From Octopus bimaculoides (lineage: Eukaryota): a stretch of 56,700 bases of DNA. Shown in pieces: positions 11,410 to 24,189 of the stretch (the stretch's first letter is position 1; each line of letters begins with the position of its first letter). A program made the position numbers and the translations under genes. Location: the NCBI RefSeq assembly GCF_001194135.2, contig NC_068983.1, positions 73,492,851-73,549,550 of the forward strand, read 5' to 3'. Below the pieces are notes generated by a model. That model had not been told where the DNA came from. It did not search any database and saw only the letters and a list, made by a program, of their open reading frames with translations.

Positions 11410-11532
11410 AAATATGGTGTTTTATTGAAGCTAAAATGTTTTTGCAAATCACTATTCAGAGTTTCATGTCTGATGATCTGTTACAACTAACAGCTTGTTA
11501 AGTCTTTTCGGTTTCAGTAAAACACCATATTT
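11410..11532. mobile_element. Small hairpin MITE-like element
   Basis: Terminal inverted repeat AAATATGGTGTTTTATTGAAGC versus GTTTCAGTAAAACACCATATTT (20/22). Confidence 0.6.
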
Positions 11533-12274
11533 ATATGTGTGTATGAAGAATTCGTCCTTAGTCGAAAGACACCTGTTGTTATGTCCTGTTATTTGTATTT
11601 GTGTAACATTTCTCTGTTTTTTTCCGTCCTTGTTTTCGTATACATTCGCTGCTTTCTTCCAAGGAATGTAATGCTCTTATCTTAGTTTTTCCTTAGGTCT
11701 GGCCAGATTGGAGCAATCTCGAGTATAACCAGCCAAAATTGCAAAGATAATCTGGAACTCGACTGAGGATAGAAAACTCCGAATAATCCGTCCTTGTTTT
11801 CCTTGTATCGTCTGTCTGGATATCTTGTTGTCCCTTTATATATANNNNNNNNNNNNNNNNNNNNTATATATACTTACATACATACATATACATACATACA
11901 TATATATATATAGGTATGTTTGGATCTATGTATGTATATGTATATATAGGTATGAATATGTATACATAACGTACTTAACGTACGTGTATTATTGAAAAGA
12001 CAGACGCTGCAATTTTTGGCTCGGGAAAAGTGCCTTTATAGATGTATTATGTTAAAATGCGAAAACCTGCAGCTTTTGGCTTTTCACCGATACGCATACG
12101 TTGAGTATGCTGTATAGATAAAGATTTTACTCTAGAGCTGTTCCTATTGCAAATTCTATATCTATATCTATCAAACAATCAACCTATCTATATATGTAAA
12201 TCATTGTAATGTAAGTCCGAACTATATAATGCAGTGAAACTTGAATGATATTAGTGAAGTTGGCCAAGAAGCTG

Positions 12275-12346
12275 GGAAGATCTTCAAAGATCGGAAGATC
12301 CTCTAAGTTCGAAATATCCTCAATGTTCGGAAGATCCTCACTGTCT
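12275..12346. repeat. 18-bp tandem repeat, 4 copies
   Basis: GGAAGATCTTCAAAGATC / GGAAGATCCTCTAAGTTC / GAAATATCCTCAATGTTC / GGAAGATCCTCACTGTCT. Confidence 0.8.
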
Positions 12347-12837
12347 TTCGGCGAGACTGTTCTAAATGAAGAAATGTTTCTAAGTACGTAAATGCCAGTT
12401 TGCAAACCACTTGGCATGAAAAGAATGCATTGATGTGGGCTCCGGAAAAAAAAGTGGAAAAAGAGCCTGCCCAAGAATACCAAGTGCCGGAAGAAGCTTG
12501 CTGGCCCATGCTTCACAGACCGTAGGAGAGTCTTTGTAAAATACACACGCATAAACACACGCACGCACGCACGCACACACACACACACTCTTAAACGCAC
12601 GCGCGCGCGCGCGCACACACACACACACACACGCCTAGACATATGCTTGCACACATATATGTGTGTTTGTGTGTGTATTTTACTTAGACTTGGACAGCGT
12701 ATCTTCATATATATGTGTGTGCTCAAAGACACAACGTGCCGCCAGGAATTAAACTCAGGACGTTACAATCGTGAGCCGAATATATACATATGTATGCGTA
12801 TGCATATATATTTATGTATGTATATGTGTATATACTA

Positions 12838-12995
12838 TAGGCTTCTTTCAGTTTGCATTTAACAAATCCACTCACAAAGCTCTGGTCGACGTGGGGCTAT
12901 ATAGTAGAAGATACTTGTCCAAGGTGCCTCCTCGCGCCGTGAAACTGAACCCAAGACCACATGGTTGGGAAGCAAACTTCTTACCCGCGTAGTCA
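12838..12995 (-). mobile_element. tRNA-derived CORE-type SINE (family S2), 5' half
   Basis: Minus strand tRNA-like head with GGGTTCAGTTTC, then GGCACCTTGGACAAGTATCTTCTACTATATAGCC and TTGTGAGTGGATTTG; homologous to 34315-34470. Confidence 0.75.
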
Positions 12996-15054
12996 GGTCC
13001 GAGTCTAAATGTCTACATTGTGCATATATATTTATACGTGCATGCGATTTATTCTTATGCAAGAGCAAAAGCCAACAATTCGAAAGGAAAAAGGGAAGAT
13101 GAGATGAATAGCGATGTAAATCAATTGAATTATTATTATTAGTTTTATTACCGTCTCACCCTTCCATTCCTATCTTCTCATAGATATGATATGCATTATT
13201 AAACACGACAAGATTCGCACTCGCATATCTATAAATAGGAGTTATTTTTTCTTTCTTGACTAGGCAGAGACTCAAAGGCTATTATGTATTCTAGAATAAA
13301 AATGGAAGAAAATATACTGTGATTTTTAACATAACTCTGAAATATGTTGCGTTTTTTTAACACAATACGTCTATAAAAGGTTTCTCGCCGCACGAAAAAC
13401 TGCAACTTCTGGCTTTCCAACGGATCATATACGTTAAATATGTTATATAGAGTATATAGTTATATACTCTAAAACTGCTTCTATTGCATATTTCAAACTT
13501 TATTCAGCCTTTGCAGTATCTTTGGAGACTAGTATACAATTTATATGCAATCTCTATATGCTTCAGACTGGCCATTTCGTACTCATTTCGGAATTGACTT
13601 GAGTACGTGATACTGAGAAGCCGCAAACACGGCGAAATGCATATCTGTGCTCTTGCGGTTACTTCCGAATCGATCTCATTTCACCTAGCTCTTGAACTGG
13701 AGGTAATTTTTATAAATCAAAAATTTTTGTTGTAAGGTATTTGACATGCCGATGTTCGTACGTACGTACATACACACAAACATACACTGTTATGAGTTCG
13801 GTAGTTTTTGTTTTTATTAGGCCACCAGGAAAAGGTTACTTTACTATAAAGGTGGCTTACGCGGGATTTGAACTCGGAATGCACAGAACCAGAATAGATT
13901 GTGAAAGACATCGCATTCGACACCAATTCACCATCCTGGACGACCACTTTATTTATTGACTCTGCAAAGAGAAGAGCAGAAATTGACCTCAATGGGTTTT
14001 GAACTAGCAGAACTGGAGAACTGACGACTTAGCTATTTCACAGCCTGCGATAATTCTATTTCACTTCTCTATTTGGGCATCGCAAACGCTGTACCGTGTT
14101 TCTTTTTGTTATTGTAATTGTTGTTACTGTAGTAGTAGTAGTTGCTGTTGTTGTTTATTCCCGAATCAACTCTGATCTATAATGAAATATATTTCTTGAT
14201 ATCTTTTTTGCATATCTAACGTACATTAACCAATGTCTCAGTTTTTAGAAAAACGACAGGCGATTTAGCTTACTATTTGTAGCAGGTCAAACGGCTATGT
14301 GAAGGTACCTTCTATCTCGCGTTAAATACGCACAGGAAGAGAAAGGATCGGGGTATTTTTGAGGTAGGGGACATCTCAATCAAAACAAAAATTGATGCAC
14401 AACTTGATAGTTTTACGAAGTCGATATGAAAACCTCATAGGAAAAATGAATTTCGAAATTCCCTTGGGACAGGTTCCGCCCCCTCCAAATATCATTACAC
14501 AGGTTATACACATATGCGCTTACGGATACCTACCGATCTTATAGAATAGATTCTATGCTTCTAACCTGGAACTAAGTTATGAAAACACAGGACCATTGTA
14601 TAATTATGTTTAAAACTTTTTCGTTTGAACATGAATACTTTCGGCATGTTGGAAGAGCAATCTCCCATATTATGAAATGTATGCGTCTATATTGTACATC
14701 TGTGGCCTTGTGATATTGTCTGGCTTAATGGTAAATTTCTAATCTTTGTGAAGAATATATTGTAAAAAGAGCACGAAATAATGCACAACAAACGACTGGG
14801 TCTCTCAGTTCTCAACAATAGAGATGATGCATGTGGATGGTTGACTCTTTCAGTAACAGCTATATTTCACCCATCTACACCCTCGCTGTCTGAATATTTC
14901 TCTCTGTCTCTCACTGTCTGTCTCTCACTGTCTGTCTCTCTCTTCTCTCACTGATTTGAAATACATCTTATATCCGATCATAAATCAGGATATGGTTTTG
15001 ATAGTAATCCATTATTCATGCTTTTGATTGAAAATGTTTGATGGCTTTGTATGT

Positions 15055-15170
<116 letters not shown>

Positions 15171-16392
15171 ATGGGGAGAAGGGTTGAGAGAAAGAGTGAA
15201 AATGGAATACTGAGTGGAAAGATAAAAGAATTGCCGAACTTTCTTGATGGCAGTTTGCAATTATAATGCATTTTTTCTAACAAACAGAACATATTTTTAT
15301 GCAAAGTATAGGCATAATATCATCTAAGTGTCAATCACTTGTCTTGTTGAAATCCCGCGAACTCTAACCTACAGTTTTTATATAACATGAACACGAAATT
15401 CGGTTCAATATTTTCCTAATTTCTCTCCGGTTACCATAGCGAACATTTAAAATTCTAAAGCGATTAAATAATTCGGTACTATACAGAATATGAAGTTCTT
15501 CTAGTACATACTTTAAATGACAAACAGCGTATTTCCTGTTATTCTCTTCCAAATTTTACCATTTTACTTAATTTGAGAAAGAGAAATCACGTAATAAAAA
15601 TTGTGTCCATTTAGACAATTTTTTCAAATATGAATTTCCGTTTGTTGATCAACTGATCACGTGATTTCATTTCAATTTCGAGCCTTCAGTGCACCAAAAG
15701 AGTTAATATATACAAAGATTATGTCAATATTCACTGATAGGTTTTCTAACGATATTAAATTTGTATATGGTCATAAATGAAATTAACTGACAGTGGACAC
15801 ATGCCTTATCTCCCAATCTTTCCAGAACATCAGCTGCTGGAAATTTTTCCGCTCTTGTTTTTCTTTTATATGCTAATGTTTAAACAATTCTCAAAGAGGA
15901 ATCAAATATTTTGCTGTGATGGAGTCTGTTTCAAGCAGGTCCCAACTCATCGGATAGAACATAATAACTACACACGTATACGCAAGAATCTTATTTCAAA
16001 CTAGCTTTCTTGTAATCCAGCTGATGACGTGAATACACGTGTGTATTTTTTACATACATTTATCTCCTACAAACGTATTTAGTACAGTAAAAAATATTAT
16101 ATTTTTTTAATTTTAATATGTAAGCATTGATTGATATTCATTTTCCCCCGTTTGTATTATATATTTAATATACAAGAAGACAGGAAAATAATTATAACAT
16201 CACTTGCGGCATTTGTGTGCCGTGTCTGGCGTAAATCTTAAAGCAATGTTAAGTCCTAGAACCAGAGCGACATAACAACATTAACCGTCCAAATTAGAAA
16301 ATTTAATCTAAATAACTAAGATTAGATATAAACGGCCTGTCGTTGGGAATCTCAGTCCACACTTTCTCAAGGTATGGTATATATATATATAT

Positions 16393-16445
<53 letters not shown>

Positions 16446-16544
16446 TTGATTATTGCTTGTTTCTTCTTTTTCGAGATCAGTGACTTTTCGTCACTGGAAA
16501 AAGTATATGTATTTGCATTGAAAATCACTTCTCATCCCCAGCCG

Positions 16545-16603
16545 GTGGTTGTCACACGCTGATGACGGGTTATTACCCAGAAACTCGGGTCCGTGTGTAT
16601 CAC
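16545..16603 (+). ncRNA. Minimal type-I hammerhead ribozyme motif (HHR2)
   Basis: CACACG / CTGATGA (16559-16565) / C-GGGT-TATT-ACCC-A / GAAA (16580-16583) / AC-TCGG-GT helix III / GUC triplet ending at 16591 / CGTGTG. Helix I is a perfect 6 bp, extended by GTGGT:ATCAC after an internal loop. There is a C.A mismatch at the base of helix II. Confidence 0.75.
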
Positions 16604-16777
16604 GNNNNNNNNNNNNNNNNNNNNNNNNNNNNNNNNNNNNNNNNNNNNNNNNNNNNNNNNNNNNNNNNNNNNNNNNNNNNNNNNNNNNNNNNNNNNNNNN
16701 NNNNNNNNNNNNNNNNNNNNNNNNNNNNNNNNNNNNNNNNNNNNNNNNNNNNNNNNNNNNNNNNNNNNNNNNNNNNN

Positions 16778-16818
<41 letters not shown>

Positions 16819-17618
16819 TATTCTCTCGTAATGTTCGATACACAATGCTTTCGATAAGTAGTCGTATATCTGATGAAAAGGCAGATTAACCGTACATTAT
16901 GACGTAATTGCGCTTATAATTTGCTGGGTTTTCTGTTTTTGAAACATATATAGTGAAGAAAACAAAAATGAGTTGTAACATCGCCTGGAGGATATGTACG
17001 TCGCGTCTGCTGTAACCCGTATATCTGTGCTAACCACTACAAGGAATCATCACAACTCTGACAGTTGAAATTTGGAGATTTAGCTTGGGTTTCAATCTGA
17101 CTTCTCTAAGACCATTGGGCTATCGGAATGACCTAGCACGGAAATATGTCTTCGATGTTATTGCTCTAATACTGTAACTTAAATTTTGTATCTGAAATTG
17201 CAGAACACTTTGACTCTATCCTTATTAAGACTGTGCTCCAAGTACAACCTTTGCTATATGTCATGTTTTTGTTTGATGTCCCCAATGGTTTTATATATAG
17301 GAGTTCATTTCGAAAACTACTCTTGCAATGTGGCTAATGACGTGATTTAGATATGTATATATATATTTTACAAGTGTTTTATTTCTCTGAAACTTAATTA
17401 TGTCCAGGTTAAAAAAAACACTTGCATTACATTTTTACGTGTGTACCGTCATTGATTTTTCGCTTTATTTGGATTCTTTATATTGTCGCTCGAGCGTTAC
17501 GTAACTTTATTGAGCCCTTTTCGTAGACTCCACACGGAAACATACATACACGGATACACACACACAAATACGTATGCAAATACGCACACATACACTCACA
17601 CTCTCGCTCAAACCACAC

Positions 17619-17680
<62 letters not shown>

Positions 17681-17684
<4 letters not shown>

Positions 17685-17968
17685 CGCGAATGTGGAATCT
17701 AAAAACAGAAACAATTCCTATCATAGTAGGTGCCTTAGGTATAATAAAAAAAAATTTCAGACAAATACATAACAAAAAACACCAGGACTTACAAATATAT
17801 ATAACATACAGAAAATTGCACTACTGGGCACTGCACACATCCTACGCAAAACACTTTCAATACAGTAACTATAAGAGCATTACAGCAAACCACAGCACAT
17901 ACCCAAGGCACACAGAGCTGCGCTCGGTAGTGAAGTGAAAGCACGTTATAAAAATAAAACTACTGAAC
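17681..17968 (+). mobile_element. R4/Dong-type LINE 3' end, family B, copy 1, in (TAA)n
   Basis: KTRMWNLKTETIPIIVGALGIIKK, then after a frameshift IQKIALLGTAHILRKTLSIQ*, a typical REL C-terminus. Flanked by (TAA)n on both sides; further copies at 40631 and 41653. Confidence 0.85.
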
Positions 17969-18022
17969 AATAATAATAATTATAATAACCGTCGTCGTGC
18001 AAAGAACAACAATGACTCTGAC

Positions 18023-18154
18023 AGAGTTAATGTATTAGAGAGTGTTCAGCTCAGATGAATGGGTGACCTTCTGTGTTGTAGTGTTCGACTGAGTTGAGTG
18101 AAGGAGCTAATGTATTGTAGAATGTTTAGTCTGGTTGAGTGAGTGAGTGTGTGC

Positions 18155-18210
<56 letters not shown>

Positions 18211-18272
18211 NNNNNNNNNNNNNNNNNNNNNNNNNNNNNNNNNNNNNNNNNNNNNNNNNNNNNNNNNNNNNN

Positions 18273-18322
<50 letters not shown>

Positions 18323-18440
18323 GAGCTGATGTGTTGTAAAGTGTTCAACTTGGTTGAGTGGGAGAGTTAATGGACTGCGCATTTTTCAATTTGTTTGAGT
18401 GAGAGAGCTAATGGATTGGATAATTTTCGACTTGGTTGAC
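18023..18440 (+). repeat. Degenerate ~41-bp minisatellite (about 6 units) interrupted by (TG)n-gap-(AG)n
   Basis: Units resemble GAGAGCTAATGTATTGTAGAGTGTTCGACTTGGTTGAGTGA at about 18023, 18064, 18103, 18321, 18361 and 18403. Confidence 0.7.
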
Positions 18441-19130
18441 ATCAGTAAAGTCTTTGATAACATGTATTCAATAAAATGAGAGAATTTATCTGATATGAGT
18501 TACGTAGAGGATGAAATTACATGTAATTAATTATCATTTATGGTTTAGATAATTGATTGTCCAACAAATACCTAAGTGATAATTGATAATTAACTATTAT
18601 GTTATTTTCACACCCTCCTATAGTCTCCTCACTCACCCTCCACTCCCTATTTTTGGCTTTATCTCTCTCGCCGTGTATGCATATACATATAGACATACAC
18701 ACATACTCTCTCTCTCTTTTTCTCGCACACACATGGGCACACAAACACACATGCAAACACGATGTGATTAAGATAGAATTACTGTACTATGATTGTTATC
18801 ATAGATGCATAAACACGAACATACACGCTAGCACGCACATATTTTCTCACACATGCTTATGTACACGTTCAAAAGTACAGGCAATTCGATCGCCCATAGA
18901 ATGCTATTACGTCCCACAGGCGTATATTTACGCACATACATCAGAGACAAGGTTGAAAAAAAATATTTTGTTGCCAGTATCAAGAAATATTCAGAAAAGA
19001 TTTCATTAAAATATAATGTATCATAAATTAAACTTGAGCCAAGCTTTCATCGATGTCTCGTTGAACAGACATGTTACTTTGCATGTTTGTGTGTGTGTGT
19101 GAGTGTGTTTGCACGTATCTACGTATGTAT

Positions 19131-19186
<56 letters not shown>

Positions 19187-20019
19187 NNNNNNNNNNNNNN
19201 NNNNNNNNNNNNNNNNNNNNNNNNNNNNNNNNNNNNNNNNNNNNNNNNNNNNNNNNNNNNNNNNNNNNNNNNNNNNNNNNNNNNNNNNNNNNNNNNNNNN
19301 NNNNNNNNNNNNNNNNNNNNNNNNNNNNNNNNNNNNNNNNNNNNNNNNNNNNNNNNNNNNNNNNNNNNNNNNNNNNNNNNNNNNNNNNNNNNNNNNNNNN
19401 NNNNNNNNNNNNNNNNNNNNNNNNNNNNNNNNNNNNNNNNNNNNNNNNNNNNNNNNNNNNNNNNNNNNNNNNNNNNNNNNNNNNNNNNNNNNNNNNNNNN
19501 NNNNNNNNNNNNNNNNNNNNNNNNNNNNNNNNNNNNNNNNNNNNNNNNNNNNNNNNNNNNNNNNNNNNNNNNNNNNNNNNNNNNNNNNNNNNNNNNNNNN
19601 NNNNNNNNNNNNNNNNNNNNNNNNNNNNNNNNNNNNNNNNNNNNNNNNNNNNNNNNNNNNNNNNNNNNNNNNNNNNNNNNNNNNNNNNNNNNNNNNNNNN
19701 NNNNNNNNNNNNNNNNNNNNNNNNNNNNNNNNNNNNNNNNNNNNNNNNNNNNNNNNNNNNNNNNNNNNNNNNNNNNNNNNNNNNNNNNNNNNNNNNNNNN
19801 NNNNNNNNNNNNNNNNNNNNNNNNNNNNNNNNNNNNNNNNNNNNNNNNNNNNNNNNNNNNNNNNNNNNNNNNNNNNNNNNNNNNNNNNNNNNNNNNNNNN
19901 NNNNNNNNNNNNNNNNNNNNNNNNNNNNNNNNNNNNNNNNNNNNNNNNNNNNNNNNNNNNNNNNNNNNNNNNNNNNNNNNNNNNNNNNNNNNNNNNNNNN
20001 NNNNNNNNNNNNNNNAACT

Positions 20020-20967
20020 ACGCACAAAATAGTTTTCACGTTCCAAGGAATGGAAAATTCGCATCATAAACACCATCCGGCTGACTTGTTAGTTCAATGA
20101 GGATCGATTAAAAGAGCTGATCCACGAAGATCCGCACCATTCCACGTGGGGATTGGCTCAGCAGGTAGGATGCTGTCATGATATCGTTAACCGTCACCTT
20201 CACTCGGTGGGTAGGGTCCAAAACCTCGATGCACGAGTGCCATAAACTCTGCCAGTTTGCTCGCTCGACTCTAGGCTACTCGTAGACAAACAGAGATTTC
20301 TTTACCGCATCGTCACTGGTGATGAAAAATGGCGTCTTTATATTAATATAAAGCAGAAAAAAAGAATGACTTCAGTTCCGACAAGTAAGCAATACCTCGA
20401 GCCAAGCCAGAGCTGCATCCACACAAGACAATGATCTACGTTGGAGGGACTAGGAAGGTCTAATCCACTACAAACTGCTTGAAAACACGGTCGATACAGA
20501 GCTTTAAGTTCGGCAAATGCACTGGCTCAACGAAGCAATCCTGCTAAAACATCTCGACTGACAATACGGTGAACTTCTTCAACACGATCACGCTCGCCCC
20601 ACGTCGCTAATTTAACCAAAAATGTTATTCAAGTGCTCTGTTGAGAAGTTTACTGCACTCGCTGCATTTTCCTGATATAGCACCTTCAGATTATTATCTT
20701 TTTCGATCATTCTCTAACAGTCTGTGAGGCGTTTCGTTCAATAACCACATGAAGCTGGAAACGTACCTCGATGAATCCTTCAAGCCAGTGCCAGGTGATT
20801 TCTACCGTCAAGGTATTGACAAGTTAGTCAAACACTGGCAAGAAGTCATGAACAATGAAGAAGAATATATTATTAGTTGATTTGTTAAAATTGTTGATGA
20901 AAAATAAGGATTAAAATAAACGGAGGGCAGGGGAGAAACGAACGAATTTATCTAATGGCTCAGTATA
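20020..20967 (+). mobile_element. Mariner (Tc1/mariner, DD34D-type) transposase pseudogene with probable right TIR
   Basis: RFLYRIVTGDEKW (TGDEKW at 20315-20332), LLQHDHARP, PDIAPSDYYLFRS and YRQGIDKLVKHWQEV; many stops and frameshifts; the 5' end is lost in a gap. Confidence 0.92.
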
Positions 20968-21627
20968 AAATATAGACATTTCAACATTTGACCGTCCAGT
21001 TGTTCTATCAGATAAACAGCCTACTCATTAAAATAACATACAAAGGGGCTGAGTATTCCACAGACACATGTACCCATAACGTAATTCTCAAGTAGATTTA
21101 ACGTGGCACAGCGTGAGAAGGATAGACCATCCGACACGGGCTTTTATAGATTACATCTACCCAATTACATAACACGGCATGGATCAACCCGAGATCATGT
21201 AAAAGACATTGCCTAGCATGCCACGTAATAGCATTGAACCCGAAAACTCACAGATATAAGGCAAGCTTCTTAGCCATTATTTCAAACCTTCCATGTGTAT
21301 ATTATGTATGACCTGTATAAATAAATAACCAAAATGTCCTCATGTTACTATTGTTCTATTCAAGATACAGTGGATAAGTATTTGAAAAAAAAATACTGAA
21401 TGGTTATCTCTGTTAAATGTTCTTGTCATGCCTGCTCGATCAAACCTTGGGTTAAACGACAACAATATGCCAGACGTATTCTGAGTTTTAAAATGGTGTT
21501 TATGAAATGCTCATAATCACCCACATCTTTATTGGTGTCAAAATAAAATAGAAATAAGAGTCCAAGTGAATATAATGTCAATCTATCAGTGGTAGAAGAA
21601 AGGAAGTGAAACTAAAGTGAAGAAATG

Positions 21628-22065
21628 CGTCTACTTGGGATAGACAGTAAATACATACTGAGGCAAAAAAAAAACAAAAAAAAAACTGAAAGTAAGAGCA
21701 GGGTGGAAGGTTGTTGTTTCGATTAAATATATGCCCAAAGCACTACTCGACAAGATCCTGTGTGCCAATCTCTTCAATAGCTCCGTTCTACCTGTACTTT
21801 TATTTGCAAGTGAAACGAGGTTATTCGAGAACAGAATGAAGTGAACGATGTTCGCAGAATATCTACAGCACACTTTTCGTTGGGCCAGAAATATCACACA
21901 GGTGGATCCACACAATTGTCGGGTGTTATTTAAAACCAAAAAAGATCTCCAAGATATATTTAAAAAATCGGGTCCATATGGAAGAGACGGGCACAACCAA
22001 TAGATAGTAAGCACGTTGTGACTAGAAAGGTATGAGGGCATCTGATAGTCTAGTCGATTGCAAAT
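21628..22065 (+). mobile_element. Heavily degraded RTE-like LINE ORF2 fragment
   Basis: VYLG...KVRAGWK...IKYMPKALLDKILCANLFNSSVLPVL, then after a frameshift ASET, resembles the RTE post-RT pattern YVYLG...RAGW...ANLF.STVLP..LY.SETW. Confidence 0.55.
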
Positions 22066-22071
22066 GCAACG

Positions 22072-22280
22072 GTTCAACGAGGCAATCCAGCTGAAACAAC
22101 TCGACCGGCAACATATCGTACTTCTTCAACGCAACAACCCTCGCCCCACGTTGCTAAATTGACCAAAAATGTTATTCAAGAGCTCGGTTGGGAAGTTCTA
22201 CCACACCGATCGCATTCTCCTGATGCGGTAGCTGCGGTAGATTATCATCTATTTCGGTCTCACTCTAACAGTCTGCGAGG
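22072..22280 (+). mobile_element. Second mariner fragment (catalytic-domain piece)
   Basis: Co-linear homologue of about 20527-20730 (CAACGAGGCAATCC...CCAAAAATGTTATTCAAGAGCTC...CTAACAGTCTGCGAGG). Confidence 0.85.
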
Positions 22281-22778
22281 ATGAAACCCAGCAAAAGAAA
22301 ACCAGAAAATGTGAGGAGGATGAAGAGGATGAAGAGGATGATGATGATGGGGATGGGGGAGGATTCCTCTCATGATAATAATGAAGCTAACATGAGATTC
22401 ACAGTTTTCATTTTTGGAAGAGTAACCAGTATTTCATAACAGATTAACGGATGTGGTGTCATAGATGACTGACAATCGCCAGGGCCGAAATATACGAGGC
22501 ACTCCGTACACAGAGGATGTAGTTTTAAAATAACGTACTTTTAAAGTGATGCCTTATTGTTTTCATTTATAGTTATTTATCTATGTCTTTATTTTACACA
22601 GATATTTTAAATGCCTTGTTAATATAACATCCTTAACCCATCCTATTTGTTTCTATATAACTCGTCTGTCACAGCCCACACGTTCGTTTCATAAACTCTT
22701 AGGCTTAACGTTTCATATTTTATTTGCATGAGTGAATTACATGAAACTGCCCTCGATGGATAAATATAAATAATTATT

Positions 22779-23270
22779 CGGTGGATTGGCAGAATCGTTT
22801 GATCATCCAACAAAAAGACTTGCGTTATTTGTTCCGGCTCTTTACCTCCTGTGTTCCACCTGCAATTAACATTGTTTCGGGGTCGTATCATTCATTTAAT
22901 CAACTAACCCTTTGCCTCCAAAGTTTTTGGCTTCGTGCCTAAGTTAAAAATGATAATCATTATTCGTAGATGGTAAAATTCGTATTTCGGGTTCAAATCC
23001 AGCCGAGGCCAGCCTTGCCATTCATCCTTCGAGGGTGATAAAATACCAGTCAAGTACTAGTTTCAATTGAATCGATGAACACCCTTACCCAAGATTTCTA
23101 GTTGGAAACGATTGATTAATATTAATTATTATTATTGGTCGATGGCAAAGTCAGTAGAGAGGTGTACAAAATACTTTGCAGTATTTACTTACAAGCTGTG
23201 TGTTAAAAGCCACAAGGCCGACTTCGCCTTTCGTATTTAAGAAATAGGTACCAGACACGTACAAGGCAGT
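22779..23270 (+). mobile_element. Cluster of three degraded S1 SINE fragments
   Basis: Remnants TTGGCAGAATCGTT, GGGTTCAAATCCAGCCGAGG...ATAAAATACCAGTC and GCCGACTTCGCCTTTC...TAGGTACCAG. Confidence 0.55.
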
Positions 23271-24189
23271 TTAAAATGAATAATACGATAGTACACTCCC
23301 TTATAATCTGTATCTTCCTGTTAAAAAATCAACATCATCATCATCATCATTATTGTCTGTTACTGTTTAAAGATCTGTATTAAAGTCACTCCAGGCAGGT
23401 AAATTTTTAATATTTTTACGTTAAATTTGTATATGTTATTATATTAAAGGAGCGAAGGAGAGGAGATTTGGATCGTTTTTAGGGGAGAAATGTGTTATTT
23501 GTTATTTTTTTCTGGTTTCACGGCAACAATTATTTTCAATATAGCTATGGTGGTGACGTCGAGGAACGACTTCCAGAATAGAAATTATGAAGTTTGTCCT
23601 TTGAAGAGTGAAGAAAATACACACATTTTGTTTATTGGGAACATTTGCCAAAATAACATTGGATAACAATATGAATAATAACACGAATAACTTCGACAAC
23701 AACACTAATATGAACATTGTTAAAACACAAAAAAAAAAAAGAAAAAAAACATATCCGCTAACTCGTATGAAAGCAGCACTGACTGTCGTAAAACTGAAAC
23801 GGAAACAGAAAATAGCAACAATAGTAAAAAAAGAGCAACAGCGGGGAAAACATATTCGTACAAGTTGTAGTTAGACGATGGTAGAAATGTCAGTCCAGTC
23901 ATTTTAGGGATTCAGAGTGTTACATTTTTTAATGTACTATTTCAAATCACAACCTGACCTCTTAAGAAAATAAAAATTCATTAAATAATGTAGTCCTACA
24001 AACAATGTTTGGAAATAAGAGTAGATGACTATAACTGGATCTCCTTTAATCATGATTCTACAAGATGAAGATTAACCTTGGGTTAAACAATAACAACAAA
24101 ATCCATCCTTGAAAGAAACTATAGCTATGAAGAAAATATTCTACACTACACTAATGGAGGACAAAAACAAAAACAAAAAAAACACAAAA

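Noticed and set aside
11470-11500. CTGATGA plus CTGTTA/TAACAG stem inside the small MITE
   Set aside because: No GAAA or cleavage triplet in the required positions.
16017-16045. CTGATGA followed by a perfect CGTG-AATA-CACG hairpin
   Set aside because: The GAAA half of the core is absent and there is no helix I partner.
18023-18440. Repeat array as a possible CRISPR
   Set aside because: Units are contiguous and diverged, with no unique spacers and no cas genes, in a eukaryotic context. No CRISPR array is present anywhere in the window.
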